Positions 10,356-23,100 of a stretch of DNA of 64,000 nucleotides are shown here, in pieces (positions within the stretch are counted from its first letter, which is position 1; each line of letters starts with the position of its first letter). The stretch spans positions 55,366,001-55,430,000 of the forward strand of contig CM060734.1 of NCBI GenBank assembly GCA_030704615.1, in the 5' to 3' direction. The stretch comes from Takakia lepidozioides (lineage: Eukaryota; Plantae; Bryophyta). Position numbers and translations under genes: made by a program. The notes under the pieces were generated by a model. That model ran no database searches, was not told the origin of the DNA, and saw nothing but the letters and a program-made list of their open reading frames with translations.

Positions 10356-13100
10356 CTTTATATGAGTCATTTGTTACGGGAATTTGCGGTAACTTTTTGT
10401 TTCTACTCTCGAAGTCTCTGTACAGTTTTTGTTTGATTTGCATCACAGTTTCTATCTGCGATATGGACATGGAATCTCAACACAAGAAACATCCATTACA
10501 CGAAGTGGGTCATGGGTAGAAAGTACTTTGGAATCCGTCACTAATTTTGCAACCAACTTCGAATATTTAAGCTGAAAGTAAAGATTTTGAGTCAACTGTT
10601 GATTGTGCACAACAGTCAGTGTGAGCTGTCTATGGGGTGATCAGAATTCATGTTAATTGAATCAAACAACAGCGGTGATGTAATGGAAGATTAAGGCCTA
10701 GTGGATTTGTTGACAAATGCGGACACTCATGAGTGGGCATGCATGAAGAAAATCTTCATGTGTTGGGATCGAAGCATTAGCAAAACAAATGGCGCTGATA
10801 CCACTTTTTCCAGATGGACAGTTGTTTTTGTCAGCTTTGCTCGATGAGAATCCCAGTGTCAGAATACTTGCACGCTTTGGGCCTTCTTTGTTGCCTGCTA
10901 ATAAGAAGTTAATGAACTGTATTAAAATCACGAACTCGATGGCTTGATTGGAAGGTCTTTTACAGAGAGAAAGGTCTACATACTATCATCTCGACAGGGA
11001 AGTTACATGCTGTCTTCATACGGCGCCAAAGTCGTGCGCTTAAATTTGAAGTTCAACATAGAAATCTGATAAGCTTGCTCGGTTTCTTTTCGGGTGTTCA
11101 GAATTGGCTGGCGACTTCACCATGACCAATTGGTCCCAATTTTCCTATAGTTTGTAGGATATGTCCAGGCCGTGCGAAAGACACTGAAGTCACAAATCAG
11201 ACACAGAATGTTTGCAAATGACTTCATGAATGTTGTGCTGATTTCTGTTGGAAGCTTTATCTGGTTTGATAATAGAAACAGGCCCCTGATCTACCAGAAA
11301 ATCTTGGAACAGAAAATGGCAGGAAGAGGTTACATCATGATAAGCATGAGGGAACTGCGGGACAACTGATCAGTTCCAGTTTTGTTCACCCTTCGTAGTG
11401 AGACCAACGGTTACAAATTTAACTCGAATCTCACTCGAATGCGCGTTAAGAATGAACTTTCGACCTTCGCTTGCAGTATATATCATTTGCAGTGCATCAC
11501 AATATTTATCCACTTTCTGATGCAGTGCATCGGCTACGGTTCTTTCAAGGAAGGTACCCACTTTCCTAGGTAATGTTCCTAGAGACGTAACATCGGTGAA
11601 ACAAGCAGTTGAATTTTTGTAAACTGCAATTCGAGAGGCAATTGTGACCTATATACCTCCACTCTAAATCTGGGCGTACCTTATTTGTTGTGCACAATGA
11701 TGATGAAAAGCCTCTAAACGTTATATCACAGTCGGCTTACTTTTCAAAGTGCCAGCCCTAAGACTTAATTGATGTGCACATTGATGATGAAAGAAAGTCT
11801 AGAGCTAAATGTTATATCACAGTCGGCTTTCTTTCTCCAACTGAAGAACACTTCTTCTTCTATTTTTGCCAATATTGGAGGCGAGAGGTGCAAGAAGAAG
11901 GTGCAGATGGAGAAGCGAGGCGGGGTTTACATACAATGTTCAAGCAAGGGAAGCTGAAGAGAAGGACCCCACATTCAACAAGAGCATCTGACACAGGCTC
12001 AACTCCGAGCAGTCTGTTTAGCGCCTGTTTAGTAATTCCACCCAACTTCATGACCGCTGAGTCAAACAAGCCAACTAATCATGATTAGCACGCCAGATTA
12101 GCCATCGGATTTTAAGATCACCTCCATTTCTATATAGAAATATATGTGCACATTAAAAATGCTCAATTCTAACTTGTGTGCTTCCTCCGAGCACCTCTCA
12201 ATTGTTATTTGTTGCCATCCCAAAGACTGACCTGGGTTCTTGGCTAGTTCTTGGTAGCTCATTTTTAAAACCTTGGACCATGATGGGCTGATGTCAATAC
12301 TGATAAGTTTCCTAAACGCTCACTACACACACCTCCTAAACAAAATTAGCAGCTGCATGAATGAAGGATCATTCGATCATCCCCAACTGCACGGTTGACC
12401 TTGTGGGTGATGTTTAATTCACAGGGGTCAGCTCTCAGATTAGCAATTTGGTACAGAGTCAGAATAGGCTACTTGTGGGCATTCTATTGAGAGTAGCAAA
12501 CTAATTTGTTGCGGCTAATTCCAAGCCTACATGTTAAACAAGAGGAGATGATTATGCGGAGCTCCACAATAGGTCCTCGCACTAAGCTGATTCACTACTT
12601 TTAAACTAGACCGTCCACATTCATAGGGAAAAATAACTGGAAGTGAGAGTATTATCTTTCATTTCTCTTCTTCTAGAGTTAGAACTAATCGACTTCATAA
12701 CATCAGAAGGCCTTGGCTTTACAAAGTGGCATTCTGAAGAAGTTTAAGATAGTAGATTAAGCAAAATTAGGCTAGACTCTAGAGGTTGCAAGGAATTGAA
12801 GACTGGGAAAGTGAGTCGCCTAAAAAGAAGGCAAAGTTGTTGGGATACCTTCACGATTCCAGGAGAATATTGCTCTAAGCATCGCCCACCTCGCCACCCA
12901 ATTAGCTGCTCAACTCTCAGCTTCAATGGCCGCAGCCCTGGCATGTTACTGTTTTAATGACGAGTGGCACCTCAAACATTTGGCGGTGCGGTGGGTAAAG
13001 GTGTGCAAGCTGCCAACCCGGCTCTTGTATAAACACCACCTCTCTCACCTCATCTCTACCTGACTGCATTTCTGACTGCAGGTCCTCAGATCTCTTAAAC

Positions 13101-13888
13101 ATGGATGTCCGAAACAAACGTGTCGCCGCTCTCGGGTTCTGCCTCGTGCTGGTGGTACTGGCCTCCATGGCGGCCGAAGCCAGTGCAGCACAGTGCAACC
13201 TCAATTCCCTTTGGCCATGCTACGGCGCTGTGCGAGGTGCGCGCGTTGGTGTTCCCACGCCCAGCTGCTGCAATGCTGTGAGAACCGTGGACCCGAACTG
13301 CTTATGTCGGCAACTGTTGTCTGGAAGCTACCCCAGCCAGATGATCAACAATGCCCTGCAGCTCCCCAAGAAATGCAATCGATATAACCTCGCTGGATTC
13401 AGATGCGGACGTGAGTCTCTTCCTTTCTATGCATTTTTGTACTTGAACGTGAGGTATGCATGGCTCTTTTCGACGTGGGTGAGGTGGAACTCGCGAAGTT
13501 CTGCAATCATGTCGAGAAGTTTTCCACTGCTCATGATCATCAGTAACTTTTGATGGTGAGTTAGTATAGATTAGTAGAGGAATGCAGGCATACTTTACAC
13601 GCCTGGATCTCAAGTAATTTTGACAGGGCCTACATTGGAGGCTTCACTCTATAATGTCCTGTAGTTCATATTCTGTCGGTACCCCTCATCTTGTTCACAA
13701 CCAGAGACGTGTAGTTGCGACGATTGACCCAAGGTGCTGAGGCTACATGTCCATGATCTGCTCCTGAAATGCTGTCTTAGGTTCGGATTTGTATTACGTT
13801 GGAGATTCCGTTTTCACCATGAGAATATTAAGTTCTAAATGTTGGTTGCCCCGTGCTCCTGTATGCAGGATACACCGTGCCACACTAA
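13101..13888 (+). CDS. Non-specific lipid transfer protein (type D-like). Exons 13101-13410 and 13869-13888.
   Basis: Signal peptide plus 8-Cys motif (C..C..CC..CLC..C..C). The GTGAGT donor is 4 nt after the last Cys codon, and the spliced end reads RCGRYTVPH*. Confidence 0.9.
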
Positions 13889-14715
13889 GTGCATCGCACT
13901 CGAAACCAGCGGAAGCAACAGAGGGCCAGAGCTCAGGTGTCTAGAGCTCTTTCCAACTCTTGGCGGCCATTGTATTCCAGACTGGACTGTAGGTCTCTTA
14001 TGGTAAAGATTAATATATTGGAGCTCGCATCATACCTACTTAGATCGAGCTGCTTTTAGATTTAAAGCAGGACTTCGCTGGTTGATTTATGGGAGATTTA
14101 TGGTTGTCTGCTGAGCAGTGCTATGAGTGTCATCACAAATCATTATCTAGATCTATTATCCTACAATGGCTGTCCAGAGCAGCCTGTTTGCACGATATAT
14201 AATAAACAGGCTCACCTGCAGTTTTTCCAGACAGTGTCGTACTTGAATTTGAGTTCACTCCGGCTTTATTTTATTTTTCAAATGTTCTGCAACTGGTTCT
14301 GGGATCCAGGCCTCCCTTACCTGCTTGTTAGCTCCATAGTGCTAAGAAGAATGGGCCAAGTAGATTCCAAAGGCACAACTAGGGCCGGGATAGGAGATGA
14401 AACTACTTCCACAAATATGCTATTGAGACTGAAACTTTACATATAAGCTTGCACTCATCAGAAATATCATACAATCAATATACCAGTTGGTCATTATCGG
14501 TATTGCATTTACAGTGTCCTAATACAACATGCTGTTCATATGCATCTCCGCACTACTATATAAGCACGGTCCTTAGTCGTGCAGAGAAACATAATTACCA
14601 AGCCCAAGCCCTGTAGTGATGAGAGCTTGCTTGTCTGATAGTATCAAGATGCATGTACACCAGCAACTAACTAAGCAAGAACCATAGCAACAACAGAGGT
14701 ACTGCACACTTTGAT

Positions 14716-14910
14716 ATCATGAAAGCCGAAGCCCACGTACCTGGTAAGGAAACCTCCAGGATAGATCTTAGAACTGCTTTCGAGTTTGGCTGCAGAGTCA
14801 CTTTGACAGTACAGCAGCGAAATCTTGCGTTTTCTAACAGATAACTGCGAGCTGCAATCTGTTTGGTAGCCACTTCAGTACTTGGGCGGCCGTCGCACTG
14901 CATTCCACCA
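14716..14910. repeat. Dispersed ~190-bp non-coding repeat, copy 2
   Basis: Homologous to 1355-1545, with indels. Confidence 0.8.
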
Positions 14911-15231
14911 CATGATGAGTCCGTGCGACCTGCTGAGTTTACTAATGTCTCTACTTAATCTCTCTCTCTCTCTCTCTCTCTCCGCGGACGTTATAAAAAG
15001 GACACGGCGGACGTTATAAAGTACCCAAGGTTCATTTCATTTCTCTCTGCCTCTGCCTGTGATATCGTGGACTGTCTCTAACGAGTTCGCTCTCTCTTGT
15101 AGGATCCAGAGCTCTACGGAGTGTGCACATGAGTTGATCTTAGTGTAGGTTCACACTGTTAGCTGCAGGCAGAGTTTTTTCAAGTACACGTAAGATGTAG
15201 CATAGTTCCTTAGAAGTGGTTGGAGGCGGCT

Positions 15232-16455
15232 ATGGGTGGGGGCTCAATCACTGCAGAAGAGTTGGCGGAGGATCTCGCTGCCTGGTGCGTCGTGGAGTAC
15301 TCTGAAGAGGAAACCCGTGAATATTGTGCCCTTGGAGACATATGGGCAATTTTGCAGGTAACTGTTTGAGGCATGTCGATGAATTTTCTTCTCCTTCGTC
15401 AAGATTAAAAGGTTGGTTTTGTACATTGAATGATCCTTCCAGGTACCAGCAATTCTGCGTTCAATACAGAGACGGAAGCTATTGATCAGTTGGAACATAT
15501 ATATATGCAGTTTTTGACACGCTAAAAGTTCATTGAGCGCTTGGTCAATTGTGTGTCGCTGCTCCGATAGAACCAGCCAATACTTCAAGACAGTCCTTTT
15601 TATAAGATTTTAGTCTGTTCTAGGTTGCTTCTGTATCTCCCTGGTTAACGATGCGTTAATCTCTGTCATCACACACAAGTGACATTCTTCTGTGCAGGAG
15701 AGTGCGGGCCAAACCAGCTGTATTTAGAAAAGATGCTTCCTGTAATCAGAAAACACGGTTTGAACATTTGCAAGTAGAAGGCTCTACCAATATAGCTCCA
15801 TCCGACGGCAAGGGACTGCCTGCATACACCGTGGAAAACAATCCGGGATTGGATCATCGTAAGGCTCATGAGCTACTAATGGGAGAAAATCCGAAACTGC
15901 TTGTAACTGAGGGAAATTGTCTGCCAGAAACCTTCGCACCCTCTGAGGATGTTGCGAGCCGGCCAACAGAGGGAGAGAAGGAGATTCAAGAATCATGGGC
16001 CCTGCAGAACTTGGATCAGCTGAAGGATGAGGATGCTAACTGTTCAAAGGCAGGTGCAGCAGCTATGCAACAGTCTCCGAGAGTTGGGGCAGTACATGAG
16101 GTGCCAACCTTTGACGTTCAAAGCACAACGTCCCACTGAGAGCGTAGCGGTGAACAACTCGCCGCATACATCAGTCGTCACAGATGCTTCGAAGTCATTA
16201 ACTGCTTGCCAGACTTCTGCAATCAAGGAATTTCGAAATGAGAAATTAGCTGCGTCGAAGCTTCTGAAGAGAGACGATGTGCCAGGATCAACCTGGCAGA
16301 AGAGTCGAGGCATGTCCGGCAAGCTTGGCCAGGACAACTTGGGTTTAAACACAGAAAGAAACATTGGGCGCCCTTATCCAAACACAAATCCAGAGCATTC
16401 GCAGGCCGGGTGGACGCTGCTAGCTGAAGCCAAGGCGATGCATCTAGGCGTTTAG
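15232..16455 (+). other. Possible uncharacterised or degenerate gene
   Basis: A (CT)n tract lies upstream. An exon-like stretch MGGGSITAEELAEDLAAWCVVEYSEEETREYCALGDIWAILQ ends at a CAG|GTAAC donor (15357), and an acceptor at 15697 precedes overlapping low-complexity ORFs 15702-16139 and 16027-16455. The phases do not join cleanly and no family is recognised. Confidence 0.3.
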
Positions 16456-17877
16456 TCGTTTGCAAACTTGTAACTGAAGGACTGTTGAAGGATTTTTGCA
16501 GGTTACTCAGTCCTCACTCAGTCGTCTCCTGGTGTGGAGTCTGCACTGACACACCTCATGCACTACAGTGCTGGACTGCCCTGGAGATTTTGCGGAGTCT
16601 TTTGGTATAGTCCTCCCATCATCGAATTCATGATCCATAATTTTGCAAGTGTTCCACGAAGGCGCAAGATGTGTCCTTTCTGATGAACTCGACATGACTC
16701 ATCTCAATCAAATCGCACATATGAATGCGAGCTCCATAAGTATGCCACATTCACCAGAATTCTGTATACATTAACATATCAGCTCCTTGCACCGTGCAGT
16801 GTACTGTAATGCATGAACGTGAAACTTACCTACCTGCATACATTTCCTGCACCCTGCGTTCTAGCTTAGGACATTGTATATCCCATCTGCACTTAGGATA
16901 ACACCTCATTTCTGCCTAGAGCGTGTCTTGAATTCTTCTCTTTAAACCCAATCCAGAGGCACCACTCATACCCCTAAATTCACAAGCCACAAGAATGGGC
17001 CTTCAAAGGTATGTTGGGACCAATTTGAAAGCCTATGGGGCATCCATAAGGGAAAGAAAAGCTGGAGTTGCAGATGGCCCACACTGGCACTTGCTGATTC
17101 CAAAATGCTGCAGACCGCTCACAAGAAAGTGCAGGTGGCAGTGAAGTCTTTTTGCATACTCCTTCATCAGAAGTTGATGCTGCCAGCAGTTTTCAGTCGT
17201 GCAAGGAGATACTCCAACAACCCCAGAATGTAATCCAAACTTGTTGCATGAACTGCCTTGGGAAACTTGTTCCTGCAATGGTTAATGAGACTGCCATGCA
17301 TTCATGTTGCAATGATCTAAGAAGGAAATTCTTGGAACTCTTGACAAATTATAAACAGGAGTTGCCAGTACCGTCACCTTTTCCACCACCTCAGTCATGT
17401 GAGAGATTATTAAGAGGGGTGCGCCAAGACCATTGTTGGTCTTTTACATGAAACAAGCTGCTCTGAAATATTACAGTAGTCCTACTCCCTTCTCTCTGCC
17501 TCTCCATCCAAACTTAACACAATATCTATCCACTAAATCTCCGCAGTGAGACAGCTGGAGAGGCATATCGGCTGGAGGCAACTCATGTCGACTCGAATGT
17601 TGTACCTTATTTTCAAAGAGAGCACAGTATAGTGACAGTTCTACAGATAGCCGAACAGTCACAACGTAACCATGCCTCGTGTAATAGGATGAATAGGTTT
17701 GCTATCAAGATACCTAAGAATCAAATAATTTCAGCTAAAAGCTGTGTGTCTCAGTGCTTTACCTTCACCATGTAGCAGTAAGAGAGAACTCATGAGTCCT
17801 AGCCAGTATATATACGAGCTTCGTTCCCTACAAATGACATATTTAGATTACCAAACAAGAAAGCTGTGAAGACAGCC

Positions 17878-19437
17878 CTAAGTTCTGTCACTCCTGGGGG
17901 TTGCCCATTCAACGCGCAGGATGAGATTGTCATATCCATAACCGTCCAGCTTGGTGATGGCTCGGATTGCATCATCCCTGCACAACCATTCCATAAACCA
18001 ATCAGGAAACTTGAGGACCTTGGGCAGCCAGCACAGAGGACCACAGCATGACAAGACACCAACGTTGATTGGTTGATTGGTGAAGTCTTAGCAACAAACC
18101 ACCATCACATCAGTCGCTCACATGTGACCTGTGTCTCTAAGAGAGTTAATGCTGGGAGACCACCATCTACATGCCTAAGAATTAGAGGTGGGGCAACAAA
18201 CAGGTCTTTCTACTCAAGTGGAGGCACATGACCAAACACAACAAAACCAAAATCACAAAAGAAACACACCTGTTGACGAAATTGATGAAGGCAAACCCCC
18301 GACTGAGCCCCGTTTCCCGATCAAATGCAACATATATGCGAGAAATGGCACCAAACGGTCTAAACAGCTCCTGGAGATCCTGTTCCCGGGTGTCCTCAGA
18401 CAGATTCGTGACCCGGATAGAGTTGTCGTCCCTTCCCCTGCGCATACTCTCACCCTCATTTCCTTTAGCCCCTCCTCGCATACTGGGAGGCACATAGGAT
18501 CCCTTCCCAGGTCCTCCTCCCACAGCACCACCTGGACCTCCCAGGTCGTCATCAGACGGGGGCTTTTCGCCGCCAACTGCAAAACCCCTGGTGGCTGCCA
18601 GCTCCTTGAAGGGGCACTTGGATGTCCAGTGGTCTCCCTTCTTCCCACACGTCCTGCAAACAATGAGTGACGCATTCCCAAGGCTTGCCAGATCAGCACC
18701 TTTCTCTGGCTCTTGCTTGACACCAGCTGGCCTTGTCCTCTCTAAGAATATCTCCTCTGTAGAAACCACTGTGAGGTTCTCAGATGCATTCTGGCCAAGG
18801 GCATCACCAAATTTCTTGAGCTGGCGCCTACGGATTGCTGCTGGGTTGAGCTTCTTCACCTGAGAAACAAACATGAGGGAATTAAAGCCAAACCCGAATA
18901 GCTTCCTTACTAACATCCAGGTTGAATCCAAGGCCATGCTGTACTACAATCTTAGAGCGTTTTACACATCCTCTACTCCAATGATCCTGCATAATTGAGG
19001 GTCTGCTCAACTTCTTAATGCTGTAACAGCATCTACAAGGCTTTCAGACACATACCAAGAGCATGCCTGGATGAAGGTGAGCGTCATGCCTCAAGTGAAA
19101 AAGAAGTTAACATAAGGTAGCCTGTACAAGGCTTACTTCACACCTGTGAACAATGCTCAAAAGTCTCTATTGCTACACATCGCTCATGGTCTCAGACCCC
19201 AAATGGTTCAGGATTTTTGTAAATCATGTGGACTAACTCGGTACCACATACCTGCTTCTTGACGCGCACTGTCTTGGTAACCTTGATTCGCACGCCATCA
19301 TCGTTCTTCCTCCACTCTATTATGATCTTCACTCCCTTCTCATCAGGCCCGATCACTTGTGTGGGCGGCAAGACGCCCTCAATTCCTTCGTCCTCCTCTG
19401 CAGCATCTCCCCACCTGAAATCCCTTCTGCCTCCCAT
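17878..19437 (-). CDS. TIF3G: Eukaryotic translation initiation factor 3 subunit G. Exons 19437-19252, 18859-18270 and 17977-17878.
   Basis: N-terminal RWGD...LPP...GPDEKG, zinc knuckle CRTCGKKGDHWTSKCP, RRM SIRVTNLSEDTRE...RGFAFINF, and last exon DDAIRAITKLDGYGYDNLILRVEWATPR. Splice phases are consistent. Confidence 0.95.
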
Positions 19438-20104
19438 CTCGCAACCTCGAAACCTTGCAATCTACCCCGGACTAACTCTCGCTCGCACTACTGTAAATGC
19501 GAGGAGGACTGATGCGACCCCACTGGGTCATAGGCGGGTTGCCCGGCTTTCAGTGGGGTCACCCGAATTTAGCCCTCTCGGAACCACGGAAGCGACATGA
19601 GCCTCTCCCGCCAATTTCACACGAGACTACTGGAGCGAGAAAAAAACCAAGGACTTCACTTCGAAGCTGGTACTCATCTGCTTGTTTCTTGCAATTGCAG
19701 AGGAAGATCGAAGTTGGGACACAGACACAGACGGAGAACTGTTTTGCTTAGAGACATTGTTTGTGTCGTGTTTGTTATTGACAGGAGTGTCTACTGCTGC
19801 CTTCCTGTTACAAGTCCCCTAGTTTCGTTTATCGCAGCTTCTCCCCTTCTTCTTGGGGAAATGTGTCAGGCAGTCTGAGGATTAGGTTGAGCTCAGCGAC
19901 TATCTTAGGCGTAGAGTGTTTATGAGGGATGTGTTGTAGCGGGGCATTTGCTTTATTTGGCCGATGAGTTTTTGTGTACAGATTGCCATCCTGTGATCTC
20001 TTCCGGTGGACCCACATGCTTACAGGTTAGCTTAACTTCAGAGCAGACACGGACAGAGAGTGGTTGATTGGAAGCGTTGTTGGAGGCACAGAGAGGAGTG
20101 AGAA

Positions 20105-23100
20105 ATGTTGTGGGTAGACAAGTACCGGCCGCGGACGCTTGACAAAGTGATGGTGCATGTCGAGGAAGCCCAGCATCTGAAGAATCTGGTGAGAACTTTG
20201 CATCTTTGCAAAATGCTGTCTTGATCTCAGGAGGTTAACTACAGCGAGCACGTTGCGAAATCTACATGGATAGGTTTGTAACAAGTGCGCAAGGTAACTA
20301 GAAATGCTGCGAGGCTCGAATGTTATCGACTTTCCTCTATGTTCTAGAGGTGTCAAGGATAAGGAAGGACCACAGAGGGCTTTGATTGCCGACCTACTGC
20401 AGCGTGTGGCATCAGACCCCATATAGCATTTCAATTTTCACAGACGAACTTACGAAGGCTGGCCATTTTGCTATCGACACCAGACCTGCACCACAGTGTA
20501 GCAGATTGATATACAACTAAAGCATGTGCAGGTTGTCTGTTTACAATGAGATAAGACCTGATGTGTTAAGCTCATATGGAGGGACGGACCGATCTTTGCT
20601 AAGAAAGAATGAAAGACACTTTATGTAGCTGATTGGGAGTCCAAATGGGTTATGGTACAAACGCACACAGAGGTGTAGAGAAAAGATACTTTATAACGCC
20701 CACAAGGTGCCGTGAGGGCCAGTAAACAACAGGAAGTCCTCATCAAAATACACCAATCAAAGACAATGACAACCTGCAAGACAGTTTGGGTCTCACAAGG
20801 CCTATGCCAAACAATGGGAATCTGTAGAGAGAGTGTGTTGAGGGAGAAAGAGATGAATGATGTTCTCTGTGTGGTTGACAGACAGCACAGGGAGATTGTC
20901 CACACTTGCTGTTCTATGGTCCCACTGGGGCGGGCAAGAAAACCCTCATTATGGCATTGCTCCGAGAGATGTATGGCATCAGTGCTGAAAAGGTTTCTCT
21001 CTCTCTCAACCAACGTCTTATGATTACATTCTCTCTCTCTCTCCCTCTCTCTCTCTAATCTGGGGTAGAATATTTCAGGTGGAATAAAGTGATTTTTTCC
21101 TATGGATATCCTGAAACTGACAAGTATATACTTGCATCAAAATTCATTCCCTGGCTAGGGCCTTGTGGAATTTATTGAGTACCCTTTTGCTGGTTTGAAT
21201 TTAGGGTTTCAGAATCCTTACCCTGCAATTTAGTACTCATTTACAAAAGTTGTTTGAGTATGAATGACGACTACCTGAAACTACAGGCAAAGTGTTGGGC
21301 TTACCGCCCATAAAGTGTCTTTCATTCCCGTCGCAGTACACCCCATTCGGACTATGGTGGAAGAGTTGGATTTGTCTCAGTTTTTCAGGGAAGTATTTGT
21401 GTTTATGCTACTTTGATGAAAGGGAATTATCCTCATAGAGAAGTACTATGCTCGGCCATTTACTCTGGGCAGAGATCTGTATGGTTTTAAGCAAGCACTG
21501 GTTTGCTTACGTAAAGGCAAAGGCTGACTTGGAGGTCACTGACCTACAGTCCACATGCTAAAAAGCACGAATTTAGGTTTTTCAGAAATCCCAGTATGAC
21601 AGTACAGTGAATAAGAATATTGTTCAGTATGATGTCTGTCACTATGGAGGAAGGTGGTTTTTTGAAGGGTTTCTAACAAACTCCACCACCCACCTCAACA
21701 AATCAGGAGCAAGACTGTGGTTTAGGAGAAGGGTGATTGGGCCTTGCAATGCAAGGCTGTTTTGTCCTGGTGTAAAAAAAAACTATCTGATCTGGTCAAG
21801 TCTCAAGGTCAGATGGTGGGGTCAGTTGAATCACAGGTCTAATACCAGATACCCTAAGATGATCGACTCTACTTCTTGGAAGCAAGACTATTTGGTTAAA
21901 CAGGCTAAAAGTCCTGGCAGAAAAGGGTAGAAGAGATTTTCAAGTACCTAGATATTAGGCGCAAAGCTTTGACCCTACTCGACAAAGCTGACCTGGAGGC
22001 TGTAGTGTCTAAAGCCATGTCTGATGGCCGAACGAGGTCTGATGAAGATGAAATCATTGTTTGGGTCTTCTCACCAGAGGATGACCCTCTACAAGTCTAT
22101 GAAGGATATTGTCCCTGTGCCTCAGTTCTTCAACTTTGACAATCTTGAGGCTGAGCCTAAGGTCCTGCCCCGTAGGGGTTTAATTACTCGGCTGCATATA
22201 GATACTTGTGTGAAGGCTTTCTAGAGGATATCTGGAAAGCCCAAACTAATTGTTTATACCAAGGTAACTCCCACTACCGGAGTGAGCCCCTTACAATGGT
22301 AGTGTCTGTTCCCTTTTGTTCTGCTCAAACTGGCGCAGGGTCTCTGGCCACAAGGCTATGGTAAACGACGTCTTATGAGTATATTCTCTTGGCTCCCTTC
22401 AACCAGACTGTCAGAGTATGAGTGCCATCAGATTGCAGGATAAGCACATGTGCCCTAGTGAACTGAATCCTGCAGTTGCCTCTGGGATTGTTAGCATACT
22501 ACTGGGAGTATGCTTGCCCTTGAGAGTATGTCATAGCCCACATTTGCAACGAGTGGTCATTGAGTGCATTTCTTTAAGTTGTGCCCTTTTCTCACTAGGC
22601 TTTTGTTGAGTTTTCTATGGCTTATGTCCTATAGTGTATGCAACATCCCTGTCCATGGGAACCATCGATGAGTACGTCTGCTCAGTCTCTCTCCCTGTGG
22701 GATGTGTGCAATGGCGTCCCTAAGCCCCTTCCAGAATTTTGAGTGTGTATCGCTTGCTTGGCTGCAGGTGAAGGTGGAGAACAAGCCCTGGAAGGTTGAG
22801 GTATAGATTGAACCGAACCTATAGATGCTTTGCATGTTTGTGGCTTGGAACAGACGATTGTTTGTGGCTGACTTACCATGTTGCATTTCATAGTATTTTA
22901 TTTTGTTTGCGTCAGTTGTGGACTCATTTCAAATTAGAGCAAGCCCATCAACTGGATGTGTCTGACACAGAGGGCTAATAGGGAGCTCTTGCAGGCTGGG
23001 ACTCGCAAGATCGAAATAGAGTTGACAACAGTATCAAGCAACCACCATGTGGAGCTTAATCCCAGTGATGCCGGCTTCCAGGACAGATATGTGGTACAAG

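Noticed and set aside
10680-11570. Protein-like fragments between the MITE and the nsLTP
   Set aside because: They are interrupted by stops, with no recognisable family or splice model.
11688-11830. Two ~55-bp imperfect direct repeats (tgtgcaca.tgatgatgaaa...gttatatcacagtcggctt)
   Set aside because: This is a simple local duplication with two units only and no array or spacer structure.
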